Below are positions 31,301 to 40,104 of a stretch of 64,000 nucleotides of DNA, in pieces. Origin of the DNA: Candidatus Eremiobacteria bacterium (GTDB taxonomy: Bacteria; Vulcanimicrobiota; Vulcanimicrobiia; Vulcanimicrobiales; Vulcanimicrobiaceae). Numbering within the stretch: position 1 is the stretch's first letter; each line of letters begins with the position of its first letter. The stretch covers positions 2,048,001 to 2,112,000 of the forward strand of contig CAVTRC010000001.1 of NCBI GenBank assembly GCA_963737065.1, read 5' to 3'. The position numbers and the translations under genes were made by a program. The notes beneath the pieces are model-generated. The model did no database searches and was not told the origin of the DNA. It was given only the letters and a program-made list of their open reading frames with translations.

Positions 31301-31549
31301 ACGAGTTTCTCGGTCGTTGCCGGTAATTTACCGCTCGCGCTCGCACTCGATCCGGGAGCGGAGTCGCGCTCCAGTCTCGGCATCGTCATCATCGGCGGCG
31401 TGTTGAGCTCGCTCGTTCTAACGCTGCTGCTGATTCCGAACGTGTACCTGTGGGTGGCGCCCTCCGACGCGCGGTTCCACGCCGGCACGAACGGCAGAGC
31501 GAAACAGCCGTCCGATAAATCTAAGGAGCTCGCACCGAACCCGAGTTGA
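28298..31549 (+). CDS. RND efflux permease (AcrB/HAE1-like)
   Basis: GILVDDSTVVLENI, KNGILLVDYA and RFRPIIMTS motifs; 12-TM architecture. Confidence 0.95.
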   Translation: MNGFSLTRLFVHRPTLVFVIVALMMFAGILSMMLIPKELFPNVSQPTITISVGYSGASVTEMRDEIVKPIEENLAGTPDLQTINSVVQQGQATISATFDIQSDTATDLALTNKAVQASQRLLPANIQQPTVNLRDPAESVVVTLALHSAKLSLSELSQLAQNEVVPQVEQVPGISFANVGGVVTPAYEIEVDPVKLAAANLTLNDVINTVSSDNQRVPGGFAYEPNRQTAVEVRGDITSLDTVRNLPILTGSGAAGSTPNGAQVENINGGVNALAGSVNPWTASNSVVRIADVATVTAGNEPRLQFAQVSGKPGLFLQIQKMSQASEIDSANALLKSLPELERQFPMIQFQIINVQSKFTEQQISLVARTLAEAVLLTGIAMIFFLRSWRSAIVVCVAIPTSLAIAITAMKLMNMTIDTVSLLGMSLVIGILVDDSTVVLENIERHFTELKEPPEEAAVHGREEIGAAAVVITLVDVVVFFPIAFIQGQVGRNLSEFAIVVVISTLTSLFVSFTITPTLAGLWALRSHWKPWRPVEWFGEKFDDVRDWYTKRALPWGIEHGALVAAFCAITFGIAIGMVGFGIVGEEFIPGTDRGEIYIQLTYPIGTPVSTVSKGTFALEKAIDANRADIQHDTAVAGAYSASFGGFVTQSNVGQVHIFLNDDRKHPTNYWVEQFRALTRKHLPADVQATVVPSTGSHGGNAQPIDLLVTDITGGDPTLYAQTVLNAVRQVKGATSVNSSGTDLAPEVSVIFDRQKMQALNVDIGTAAQAVGAAFGGNVATQFETTSGLEQVQVIYPPAYQTSIATLKNVPIRAQNGSIVYLGDFATLESTPTAPLMTRVNRNTVIHINANIGPGASLSSVEDAIMRKIPSLHLPPNIVVRPAPLGQQDFMHQTLVGIGTSMIVSVLLVYLLMVALYNSYLSPFIIIFSVPVAAIGALTALFVTGKTLNLFSLIGTILLIGIATKNGILLVDYANTLRERGYDKFHAIMESAHVRFRPIIMTSFSVVAGNLPLALALDPGAESRSSLGIVIIGGVLSSLVLTLLLIPNVYLWVAPSDARFHAGTNGRAKQPSDKSKELAPNPS

Positions 31550-31739
31550 GCGCCCAGGACAGCCACGTATCCATGCCCCAGCCGAGGATCAAGCCGAATG
31601 CAACACAGGTAATCGTGGCAACGATCAGGACTTTGCGCGTCCACACGCCGTAGTCGTGCTCGCGCACCCAAGCACCGGCAATCGCAACGCCGAGCGCGAT
31701 CGAAAGCGCCATGGAAAACGCGTAGTAAAAGAGCGTCAT
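31521..31739 (-). CDS. small 2-TM membrane protein
   Basis: Two hydrophobic helices; its start overlaps the TMEM175 stop (ATGA). Confidence 0.55.
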   Translation of the reverse strand: MTLFYYAFSMALSIALGVAIAGAWVREHDYGVWTRKVLIVATITCVAFGLILGWGMDTWLSWALNSGSVRAP

Positions 31740-32338
31740 GATGTTTCCAAGTCGCGATCGACGCCGTGCGGAATCAAGTAGTACAACGTAACGAAAATGT
31801 ATGCCGCGAAGCTTACAATCGGTGCGAGCAGCGCAACGAGCATCGCCGCGACGTAGATCGTCCAGCCGACCTTATATGCGTTCACGGTGCCGCGAAGCGT
31901 TTCGGGCGAGATTTCTCTTCGGAAAGCCGTGCTCGCCATGAGATGCTTGAGCATGACGTTGTAGATGGTCGCGCAGTACGTCAGCACGATGCCGTACAGA
32001 AACGTCGACGCGTGCATGGTCGGATATGTGCCGAGCGCGGAGGTCGCGAACGGGATGAATACGGTTCCGGCAAGCAGCAACAGATTCAAAAAGACCGTTG
32101 TCCGGTCGATGCGTTCGATGAGGCGAAAGAGCGCGTGATGGTTCTGCCACATGATTCCGATGACGGCGAAACTCAGCCCATAGGCGACGACGTTCGGCCA
32201 TAGCGCGAGCAGCGCAGCACGTAGTTGCGCTTCACTCGGGGGCAGCTTGAATACGGGCAAGGCGACACCGAGAATCAGCAGCGTGATTGCGAACGCAAAC
32301 ACACCATCGGAGAAGGCTTCGAAGCGAGGTTTGTTCAT
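31736..32338 (-). CDS. TMEM175/DUF1211 family potassium-channel-like protein
   Basis: RFEAFSDGVFAFAITLL and W.NHH motifs. Confidence 0.9.
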   Translation of the reverse strand: MNKPRFEAFSDGVFAFAITLLILGVALPVFKLPPSEAQLRAALLALWPNVVAYGLSFAVIGIMWQNHHALFRLIERIDRTTVFLNLLLLAGTVFIPFATSALGTYPTMHASTFLYGIVLTYCATIYNVMLKHLMASTAFRREISPETLRGTVNAYKVGWTIYVAAMLVALLAPIVSFAAYIFVTLYYLIPHGVDRDLETS

Positions 32339-32408
32339 CGGATGCCCGGCAATGTCACGGTAACCGCGGTGTTGCGCGGCTGCTATCATGGCCCCCTACC
32401 GTATCAGT

Positions 32409-32624
32409 ATGTTTGACGTCGGTCGTTCACTGCAACATGGCCTTGATGACGCGCAAAATCGCTTGCGGGAGTCGCAAGCCGCGGTCGCGGAGGCGAACGC
32501 GGGTCGTCCGAGACGTTCCACTGATGCCGCTATGGCGGAAACGGCGCGGGCGGCAATCTTCAACGAGGCGTTACTTGGTGCATTGCACGCACGGCTTCAG
32601 GAACTCAAGGCCGTCACGCGCTGA
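32409..32624 (+). CDS. miniature FlgB-like axial protein
   Basis: C-terminus (DAAMAETARAAIFNEALLGAL..RLQELKAVTR) resembles the FlgB C-terminal helix; lies upstream of flgC. Confidence 0.45.
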   Translation: MFDVGRSLQHGLDDAQNRLRESQAAVAEANAGRPRRSTDAAMAETARAAIFNEALLGALHARLQELKAVTR

Positions 32625-32645
32625 GCCGTAGAACGCTCGTGTCTT

Positions 32646-33050
32646 ATGGCGGCAACTGCAGGCGAGTGCGCCGGCGCGAGCGTCACAATCGAAGACTCCG
32701 ATCTCGGGCGTTGGACGGCCGCCCGTTGGGCGCCGCCGCGGACATCGCCGTTATTCAATCTGATCGAACGGATCTGGTATTTCGACGGAGCGCTAGCGAA
32801 TGCAAAAGAGCGCGTCTTCCCGGACGGTCGTTCGGAACTGATCGTCATGCTGGACGAGCCGCATCGCGACGGCGATACCGCGCTTCCCGGCCGTTTCCGA
32901 TCGTGTGCATTAATGGCCTTCGCACGCGACCTTCGGCCGTGATTGCACCGCGCGGACCTTGCCGCGATCTCGGTATCTCGCTTGAAGTCGCGGGAGCGTG
33001 TGCGCTATCCGGGGTCGCCGAGCCTCGCCGAACCGTAACCATTTTTACAA
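32646..33050 (+). pseudogene. N-terminal fragment of an AraC-type regulator (DUF6597-like), truncated and frameshifted
   Basis: LIERIWYFDG...ERVFPDGRSELIV motif; no helix-turn-helix half. Confidence 0.55.
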
Positions 33051-33084
33051 GACACCTGGCCCGGGTTCGGTTTACGATCGGTTC

Positions 33085-33486
33085 ATGAATATGACGCAAA
33101 GGCAACCGCTTCAATCGATCTATCCAACCGTTCGCTACGACGACGCTCGCGGCGCAATCGACTGGCTCACGTCTTGTCTCGGCTTCAGCGAACAGGTCGT
33201 CTATCCGGGTGAAGGCGTGACGATCGCCCACGCACAGTTGGCGCTGGGCGGAAATCTCATCATGTTGGGCAGCACGAAAGACGACCGCTTCGGCGTTTAC
33301 ATTGCGCTCGATACTCCGGAGGAGGTCGATGCGCATTACGCGCGCGCGAAGGCAGCCGGTGCGCAGATCGTTCGGGATCTCTGCGACACCGAGTACGGAT
33401 CGCGTGAATTCGGCGTACGCGATCCCGAGGGCCACCTCTGGAGTTTCGGAACGTACCGTCCGCAGGCAGGCGAAACAACGCCGTAA
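33085..33486 (+). CDS. VOC/glyoxalase family protein
   Basis: YDDARGAIDWL...GF and DTEYGSREFGVRDPEGHLWSFG motifs. Confidence 0.9.
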   Translation: MNMTQRQPLQSIYPTVRYDDARGAIDWLTSCLGFSEQVVYPGEGVTIAHAQLALGGNLIMLGSTKDDRFGVYIALDTPEEVDAHYARAKAAGAQIVRDLCDTEYGSREFGVRDPEGHLWSFGTYRPQAGETTP

Positions 33487-33531
33487 CGCCCGCGTCAATC
33501 GTCGCTCACGCCTGCTCCGTATCGTGACCGC

Positions 33532-33864
33532 ATGGATACGGATTTGCTGCAAACGGCCGCGAGCGGAATGGACGCGCAGCGCGCAGCGCTCGATGTCTAT
33601 GCGCGAAACGTTGCCGCCGCTGAAGCGGCCGGACGCGACGGGCACTTCGAGCGCCTCGTTCCTCAGTTCGAATTGCGCGATGACGACGACGGAACGACCG
33701 TCGAATTCACGGGTGCGCAAACGGATCGCGGAAAGAGCGTGGACATCGTGACCGAGATGATCGCGGTAATGAACGCGTCGCGCGCCTATGAAGCCGACGC
33801 ATCACTCTTCGACGTCGGCAAAACGCTGGCACAACGGACGATCGATATGGGGCGGCTGCAATGA
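33532..33864 (+). CDS. flgC: basal-body rod protein FlgC-like
   Basis: AASGMDAQR..LDV.A.NVA and VDIVTEMIAVMNASRAYEA motifs. Confidence 0.85.
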   Translation: MDTDLLQTAASGMDAQRAALDVYARNVAAAEAAGRDGHFERLVPQFELRDDDDGTTVEFTGAQTDRGKSVDIVTEMIAVMNASRAYEADASLFDVGKTLAQRTIDMGRLQ

Positions 33865-34127
33865 AGGTGGAATTGCTCCAGCCCGACGTTTCCCCGGCGC
33901 CCGCGGCAAGCGCAGCGAGCGGCTCCGCGTTTTCGCGAGCGTTGGACGGCGTCGGGGCGTTGCTCGACGGCGCCAACGCTGCAGAGGACGCTTTCGCGAA
34001 CCGGGTTGGGTCGTTGCAACGCGCGGTGTACGAACGCGCGCGCGCCGATGTCGCATTGTCTGTTGCAACGGCAGCCGCTCAGCGTAGCGCGCAGGCCCTC
34101 ACGTCGATCCTCAACATGCCGATTTGA
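33861..34127 (+). CDS. fliE: FliE-like hook-basal body protein
   Basis: FSRAL...ADVALSVA...LTSILNMPI; lies between flgC and fliF. Confidence 0.75.
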   Translation: MKVELLQPDVSPAPAASAASGSAFSRALDGVGALLDGANAAEDAFANRVGSLQRAVYERARADVALSVATAAAQRSAQALTSILNMPI

Positions 34128-34129
34128 CC

Positions 34130-35599
34130 ATGTCGCTCGATTCATTTCTGGCTCGTGTCGCGTCGCTGCCCCAGCGGGTGAAGGCCGCCGCGATCGCGGT
34201 TGGCGCGTGTGCAATCGTCATCGGGATCGTCGTCGGCATTGTAGCGAACGCTCCGCGAACGCCGCTCTTCGCGCAGCCGCTGCATCCCGACCAGCTCGCG
34301 GAGGTCGAGGATCGTTTGGCACAGTGGAACGTCGCGTTCACGCCCAGCGGTGAAAATGTCGTCGTCGATGCCGGCCGCCGGAACGACATACTCTTGCGCT
34401 TGTCGCTTGCCGGTGTGCCGCACGCGCACGTTGCAACGACCGGCGAAGCGCTCGCGAACGTCGGTGTTCTGACCCCGCAAGCGGTCGTTGAGGCGCAAAC
34501 GCGCAGCGGCCTTGCCGGCGAAATCGAACTTGCGTTACGCAGCATCAACGGCGTGGACGAGGCGCGCGTCATCATTGCACCGGGTAAACTCGCGCAATTT
34601 GCTGACCAAGGTTCAGCCGATGCCTCGGCGAGCGTGCGCCTTCAACTGCATCCTGGCGTTCGTCTCTCGCGCGCGTCGATCGCCGGAATTCGCTCGTTTG
34701 TCGCAGCCAGCGTTACGGGCCTCGATCCGTCTCATGTCACGATTCTCGACGATCGCGGCGTCGCGCTGAGCGCGGACGCCGGTACTATCGATGACGGAAG
34801 CGTGCTCCAGACATCGCTACAAACGGCGCTCGATGACGCGCTCGGGGCCGGTGTCGCAATTGTCCGTGTCCACGCTGAATATGCCTCGGCGGAAAACGAA
34901 CAACGTGACGTGCGGCGTACTCCGCTCGGCAACACGCCGATTCAGCGCGACTCGGCGTCCGAATCGTTCGACGGTCAAGGCCGGCGGTACGAGAAGAACG
35001 ACGAGCACGACGATCGCGGAAGCGACGTGCATGAAACCGTCTCGCGCCTGCCGCGCGGTTCACTCGCGCGGATCACCACCGCTGTCTTCGTCGACGCGCA
35101 AAACAGCGTTCCCGTTGAAACGGTGAGCGCACTTTCCGCGGCGACCGTCGGGTACGATCCGCGGCGCGGCGATACGCTCACCGTTGAAGCGGTGAACTTC
35201 CATCACGCGCGCTCGCAGCCCCACGATATCTGGTTTCTGCTCTACGGCGCGCTCGTACCGTTGCTTCCGACGCTCGCGATCGTACTGGGTGTTCTCGTCG
35301 CGGGCCGGCACGCAGCGCCGCACGTTGCATCGATGACCAAGCGATATTTCGAACGTACCTCGCTTGCGCGCATCTCCTCGCGCGCGGCAGGCGTTGAACC
35401 GGCGCAACTCCGCGGCGCGCTTGTCAACGAACCGCCGCATGCTGCCGCCGCGATCATCAGTGCGTTGCCCGCTGCGACGGCGGCGGCCGTGCTCGAACTC
35501 TATCCGCCGCACGAGCGAGAAGCGATCGTGCGACGCATGCAGCGCGCGCATTCGCCGCTCGTTCCGGATGCATCCGAGATCCTCGGGCGCCATGCTTGA
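34130..35599 (+). CDS. fliF: FliF MS-ring protein with a fused FliG-middle-like C-terminal domain
   Basis: TM1, YscJ/FliF ring motifs (LRLSLAGVP, GVDEARV, ASASV, VTILDDRG), VGYDPRRGDTLTV, TM2, then an EHPQ-like EPPHAAAAIISAL segment. Confidence 0.8.
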   Translation: MSLDSFLARVASLPQRVKAAAIAVGACAIVIGIVVGIVANAPRTPLFAQPLHPDQLAEVEDRLAQWNVAFTPSGENVVVDAGRRNDILLRLSLAGVPHAHVATTGEALANVGVLTPQAVVEAQTRSGLAGEIELALRSINGVDEARVIIAPGKLAQFADQGSADASASVRLQLHPGVRLSRASIAGIRSFVAASVTGLDPSHVTILDDRGVALSADAGTIDDGSVLQTSLQTALDDALGAGVAIVRVHAEYASAENEQRDVRRTPLGNTPIQRDSASESFDGQGRRYEKNDEHDDRGSDVHETVSRLPRGSLARITTAVFVDAQNSVPVETVSALSAATVGYDPRRGDTLTVEAVNFHHARSQPHDIWFLLYGALVPLLPTLAIVLGVLVAGRHAAPHVASMTKRYFERTSLARISSRAAGVEPAQLRGALVNEPPHAAAAIISALPAATAAAVLELYPPHEREAIVRRMQRAHSPLVPDASEILGRHA

Positions 35600-36086
35600 T
35601 CGATTTCTATCCATGCGTGAGTGGCTTGCGCGCGACGGCGAATCGCCGGCTGCCTCGGCCGACGTCGAAACGTACGAAGAACCGGCGGTTGAATCGGAAG
35701 CGTCGCCGGCGCACGCCGCAGACGACGAGATCGACGTGGCGATTGCCGAGGCCCGGCGTTTTCGTGCGTCGCTTGCCGATGCGCTCGCGATGCGAGTCGA
35801 CGAACTGATGCGCGATATCGCAAGCGAAGTGCTCGCACGCGAACTCGAGCTCGCGCCTTGCGATGTAGCGCGCATCGTTGAGCGCGCGGTGCAACGATAC
35901 GGCACCGAACCCGTATGCATTCGCGCCAATCCAACCGACGCAAACGTACTCCGGCGCAGCGATACGATCGTGATCGCGGACGATAGCTTGCGCGGCGGTG
36001 ACGTAGTTCTCGAAGTGCGATACGGCAGCATCGATGCCACGCTCGGCGTCCGGCTCGAACGCGTGCTCGGGGCGCGTACGCAATGA
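35592..36086 (+). CDS. fliH: FliH/SctL-like export stator-stalk protein
   Basis: IASEVLAREL, IRANPTD and DDSLRGGDVVLE..GSIDATL motifs. Confidence 0.75.
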   Translation: MLDRFLSMREWLARDGESPAASADVETYEEPAVESEASPAHAADDEIDVAIAEARRFRASLADALAMRVDELMRDIASEVLARELELAPCDVARIVERAVQRYGTEPVCIRANPTDANVLRRSDTIVIADDSLRGGDVVLEVRYGSIDATLGVRLERVLGARTQ

Positions 36087-37330
36087 TCGCGCGGGGAACG
36101 GTCCGCAACGTGCGGCGCGGCTGCCTCGACGTTGCGATCGCGCCGCTCGCTGCCGGAACGGCGGTACGCATTGCGTTACGCGACGGTTGGAAGCGCGGCA
36201 CGGTAACGTCGAGCGAAAACGGCTTGGTAAGGGTCGCGCTCATCGGAAGCACGGACGGCGTCGTGCCGGGCGCACGCGCGGAAGAGGATCGCACGGGTCA
36301 GACGCTCGTCCTGGGAACGGCGGCGCTCGGGCGCGCGATCGACGCGTTCGGAAGACCGGTTGACGTTGGTGCGTCGCTGTGCGGCGTGCGCGTTCGCATT
36401 CCGGCAGCGCGCGTGCCACCACCGGATCGCATCGCGGTCGATGCGCCGCTTTGGACGGGCGTTCGCGTGATCGACGCGCTGCTGACGATCGGCCGCGGAG
36501 CGCGCATCGGACTCTTCGGTTCACCGGGCGCAGGCAAGAGTACGTTGCTCGAAACGATCGTTGAAGGCGTCCGTTGCGACGCGGTGGTCGTTGCGCTCGT
36601 CGGCGAACGCGGACGCGAAGCAGAACGATGGATCGCGCGGCGCAGCGCGCGCACAACGGTTGTCTGCGCGACGAGCGATTGCCCCGCGCGCGAACGCGTC
36701 GCTGCGGCGCACACCGCGCTCGCACAGGCGCGCGCGCTCGCGCAACGGGGGTTGCACGTACTCGTGATTCTCGATAGCCTCGCTCGCGTGGCGTACGCGT
36801 TGCGCGAAGACCGCGCCGACGAGCCGGCCGGGCGTGCGGGCTATCCGCCGAGCGTCTTTGCAGATCTTGCGCAACTCGTCGAGTGCGCAGGTGCCTTCAC
36901 GCGCGGTTCCGTTTCGCTACTCGCGACCGTCTTGAACGACGGCGAGGAGCGTGACCCGGTGAGTGAAGCGGCGCGCTCGCTGCTCGACGGGCACATCGAG
37001 CTCTCGTCGAAACTCGCGCAAGCGGGGCGGTTTCCAGCCGTCGACGTGCCGGCGAGCGCGAGCCGGACGATGGCCGCCGTTACGACGCCCGAACATCAAC
37101 GCGCTGCAACGAGGGTTCGGGCGGCATTGGCAGCGTTGCGCGACAGTGAAGATCTGCGCTCGCTCGGGATTGACGTGCGTGAGCCGCTCGCCGTCGCCGC
37201 GGTCGCCCAGCAACGCAAATTGGAGGCGCTGCTGCGCCAGGGACGGTCGCCCTGCCCTCCGCGACAGACCCTAACCCTCCTCTTCGAAATCGCCGATACC
37301 TTGGGAGAGCCCGATGAATATCACGTCTGA
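36083..37330 (+). CDS. fliI: FliI/SctN export ATPase
   Basis: GSPGAGKST, LVGERGRE, LDSLAR, GYPPSVF and LDGHIELS motifs. Confidence 0.92.
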   Translation: MIARGTVRNVRRGCLDVAIAPLAAGTAVRIALRDGWKRGTVTSSENGLVRVALIGSTDGVVPGARAEEDRTGQTLVLGTAALGRAIDAFGRPVDVGASLCGVRVRIPAARVPPPDRIAVDAPLWTGVRVIDALLTIGRGARIGLFGSPGAGKSTLLETIVEGVRCDAVVVALVGERGREAERWIARRSARTTVVCATSDCPARERVAAAHTALAQARALAQRGLHVLVILDSLARVAYALREDRADEPAGRAGYPPSVFADLAQLVECAGAFTRGSVSLLATVLNDGEERDPVSEAARSLLDGHIELSSKLAQAGRFPAVDVPASASRTMAAVTTPEHQRAATRVRAALAALRDSEDLRSLGIDVREPLAVAAVAQQRKLEALLRQGRSPCPPRQTLTLLFEIADTLGEPDEYHV

Positions 37331-37940
37331 TCTTGCCGCGGTCGAGCAGCGCATCACGCAAATCACCGGATCGACCGTCGAACTGCCCGGCTTCTCGCAC
37401 GCGCAGGATGAATCCGCATCCTTTAGCGACATGGTGCGTGCGCAGCTTTCCGCGCAAAACGGGCAGCAAGGCGATGGCAATGATATCGCCGGCACCGCGC
37501 CCGGCGCCCCGCTTGGGATGAGCCCACCGGCAATCGTTCCTCCCGCGCAAATCGACCGGCTCGTGCACTCGAACGCATCCCAGTGGAACGTGGATCCCGC
37601 GCTTGTAAAGGCAATCATTGCAAACGAGTCCGGATTTAACGTGAATGCGACATCGAATGTCGGTGCGCAAGGGCTCATGCAGCTGATGCCCGGCACGGCA
37701 GCCGGTCTCGGTGTCACAAATGCGTACGATCCTGCGCAGAACGTGTGGGGAGGCACTCGGTACATCAAGGGACTGCTCGACCGATTTAACGGCGACGTGC
37801 GAAAAGCGGTCGCAGCCTACAATGCGGGACCGGGTGCAGTAGAGAAATACGGTGGCGTACCTCCGTATGCCGAAACGCAAAACTACGTCGAAAACGTTCT
37901 CGCCAGTTACGAAAAGTACCGCAGCCCGAACACTCCGTAG
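37314..37940 (+). CDS. lytic transglycosylase (SLT domain)
   Basis: ES catalytic motif, GAQGLMQLMPGT, AYNAG and PPYAETQNYV motifs. Confidence 0.92.
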   Translation: MNITSDLAAVEQRITQITGSTVELPGFSHAQDESASFSDMVRAQLSAQNGQQGDGNDIAGTAPGAPLGMSPPAIVPPAQIDRLVHSNASQWNVDPALVKAIIANESGFNVNATSNVGAQGLMQLMPGTAAGLGVTNAYDPAQNVWGGTRYIKGLLDRFNGDVRKAVAAYNAGPGAVEKYGGVPPYAETQNYVENVLASYEKYRSPNTP

Positions 37941-37956
37941 TGTCTTGCTTGCGGCG

Positions 37957-39513
37957 ATGGGTTGCGCGCTGGTCGCGCAAACCGCACCGTCGCATCCTTC
38001 CGTCGAAACGATTCTCAAGAACCACGCCGCCGCGCTTTCCGCGATGCGTTTGCGCGTACCGCAGACGCATGAAACGCAAGGCAGCATCGAAGGTCTCGGG
38101 TTGCAAGGAACCTTCCACGAATGGCAGGCGGGAAACAAACAACGTCGAGACGAGCGTCTCGGCTTTCGCGTGCAGCGCGAGCTGCGGGTCGGCGACAATC
38201 TCTGGATCGAGAACACCAGCGGCGAGATTCGCGAACTGCACGGCTTGCTCGCGCGCCGGCAATTGACGGATGATTTCATCGACACCGGCGTCTTCGCGAA
38301 GCATCCGGAGAGTGCGCGCTATATCGAGCGCGCAACGCTTCCGGACGGGCGGGTCGTTTACCGCTTGTCCATTGCGCCCCCGCAGGGCGAGCGGTTCGTC
38401 ATCGGGATTGATGCGAAGACGTGGCTCATCGACCAGAAGTCGTACATTGAAAACGATGCGCCTCAGGTGTCGACGTATTCCGACTACCACGTCGTCGACG
38501 GCCTGTTGATTCCGTACACCGAGGTTGATTCGACCGGCGATACAAAATTCGACGTGACGTCACACGTCACGAACGTAATGGTCAATCAGCCCATCGCCGA
38601 TTCGATCTTTGCGCCGCTTGCGCCTGAAGCGGTCGGAGCCGATACACCGGTGCGCGTGCCGCTTGAGATTCATAACGGTCTGCCGATGGTCAAGGTCACG
38701 ATCTCCGGACACACGTACCGGTTCCTGATCGATTCGGGCTCGCAAGGCAACGTGTTGGATCCGCACGTCTCGAAAGAACTCGGCTTGCATCCGGAGGGAA
38801 CGCTCGAGATTCGGGGAGCCGAACGGACGCCGAGCCTCGGGGTCGTTGAAACACCGCCGATGGAAGTGGGCGGCATGCAATTGCCGTCGCGGATTGCGAC
38901 GGTCCTCGACCTGAGCAAAATTCTACGCGGGCCATATCCGCTCGACGGCGTGCTAGGCTATCCGTTCTTCGCGGCGGCGGAAATCCGCTTCGATCCGGAC
39001 ACCAATGAATTGATCGTTGCCAAGCCCGGATTGCTGCCCGTGCTCGGCGAGAAGCTCCAGGTCGATACGGATCGCGAGCTCGTCGAGGTTGAGGCCACGA
39101 TCGACGGAACCGCGAAGACGCGGCTGCTCGTCGATACGGGAAACTCGAACGAATTATTGCTTTTCCAAAGTTTCATCAACGCACATCAAGGCCTCATTAT
39201 GTTCGCGGGAAACCCTTCGGTCGCAAACCGGGGCGCAGGCGGTTCCGCGCCGGCTGTGACGGCGATGGTCGACGAACTGCAAATCGGCAGCCAGCGTCTC
39301 TTCAATCGCTACACGGACGTTATTCTTGCAAGCGCTGGTGCGTTCGCCGACCGCAACGACGGCGGTAACGTCGGATATGGCGTGCTGCACAACTTCGTTG
39401 CGACGTTCGACCTTGCAGACCGTTCGATCTACTTACAAAAAGCGAGAAATTTCGATGATGGCCGCTTTCGTCAACGGACCGAGAGCGGCCAAATCTTGCC
39501 GTGGCGTTCATAA
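37957..39513 (+). CDS. exported protein with two retropepsin-like aspartyl protease domains (start uncertain)
   Basis: FLIDSGS...DGVLGYPFF and LLVDTGN...GNVGYG motifs. Confidence 0.8.
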   Translation: MGCALVAQTAPSHPSVETILKNHAAALSAMRLRVPQTHETQGSIEGLGLQGTFHEWQAGNKQRRDERLGFRVQRELRVGDNLWIENTSGEIRELHGLLARRQLTDDFIDTGVFAKHPESARYIERATLPDGRVVYRLSIAPPQGERFVIGIDAKTWLIDQKSYIENDAPQVSTYSDYHVVDGLLIPYTEVDSTGDTKFDVTSHVTNVMVNQPIADSIFAPLAPEAVGADTPVRVPLEIHNGLPMVKVTISGHTYRFLIDSGSQGNVLDPHVSKELGLHPEGTLEIRGAERTPSLGVVETPPMEVGGMQLPSRIATVLDLSKILRGPYPLDGVLGYPFFAAAEIRFDPDTNELIVAKPGLLPVLGEKLQVDTDRELVEVEATIDGTAKTRLLVDTGNSNELLLFQSFINAHQGLIMFAGNPSVANRGAGGSAPAVTAMVDELQIGSQRLFNRYTDVILASAGAFADRNDGGNVGYGVLHNFVATFDLADRSIYLQKARNFDDGRFRQRTESGQILPWRS

Positions 39514-39566
39514 CATCGTAACGGCATGATGATTGCGCGGTGATGCACCGCGCGCATCATCGGCCA

Positions 39567-40100
39567 ATGATGACGCAGCAACTCGGATTCAGCGTTCTGA
39601 CCGCGCCGATCGCCGCAATCGATCGCCGCGCGCTTTCGCAAGCTTGGTATTCAGCGCTCCATCTCGCGCAGCAATCACCAAAGGCCGAAACGTCGCCAGT
39701 GTACGCGACGGTCGCACGACGCGAGCCGCGTGATGCCCACGTTCTCGCCGGCCGGCGCAGCCGCGCGGTTCGGAGTGCACCTTCACCTCACGTATATCGC
39801 GAGAAAACGTCCGATCGCCGGGACGCGGTGGCCATCGAGCGGCGGTCATTGCGCTCACCGCTTGCGCGCAAAATCGAACGCGCGTTTTTGCGCCCGAACG
39901 TTCCCGCCACGCGCGCTGCGTTTACGATCGACGGAACGTCCGCACGCGTCCACGTTACGATGCAGCGAACGCGCTCGGGATTGCAACTCGTCGCCGTCTG
40001 TCCGCCGCATGCGCGCCCGCGCGTTGCGCGAGCACTCGAACAGGCGCGGTACGCGCTCGCCGAACGCGGAATCGCTGTCGACGCGCGGGTCGCGGAGTAA
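39567..40100 (+). CDS. short FliK/SctP-like (hook-length control) protein
   Basis: C-terminus RVHVTM...LQLVA...RALEQARYALAERGIAV resembles the FliK C-domain; position fits. Confidence 0.5.
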   Translation: MMTQQLGFSVLTAPIAAIDRRALSQAWYSALHLAQQSPKAETSPVYATVARREPRDAHVLAGRRSRAVRSAPSPHVYREKTSDRRDAVAIERRSLRSPLARKIERAFLRPNVPATRAAFTIDGTSARVHVTMQRTRSGLQLVAVCPPHARPRVARALEQARYALAERGIAVDARVAE

Positions 40101-40104
40101 GCCG

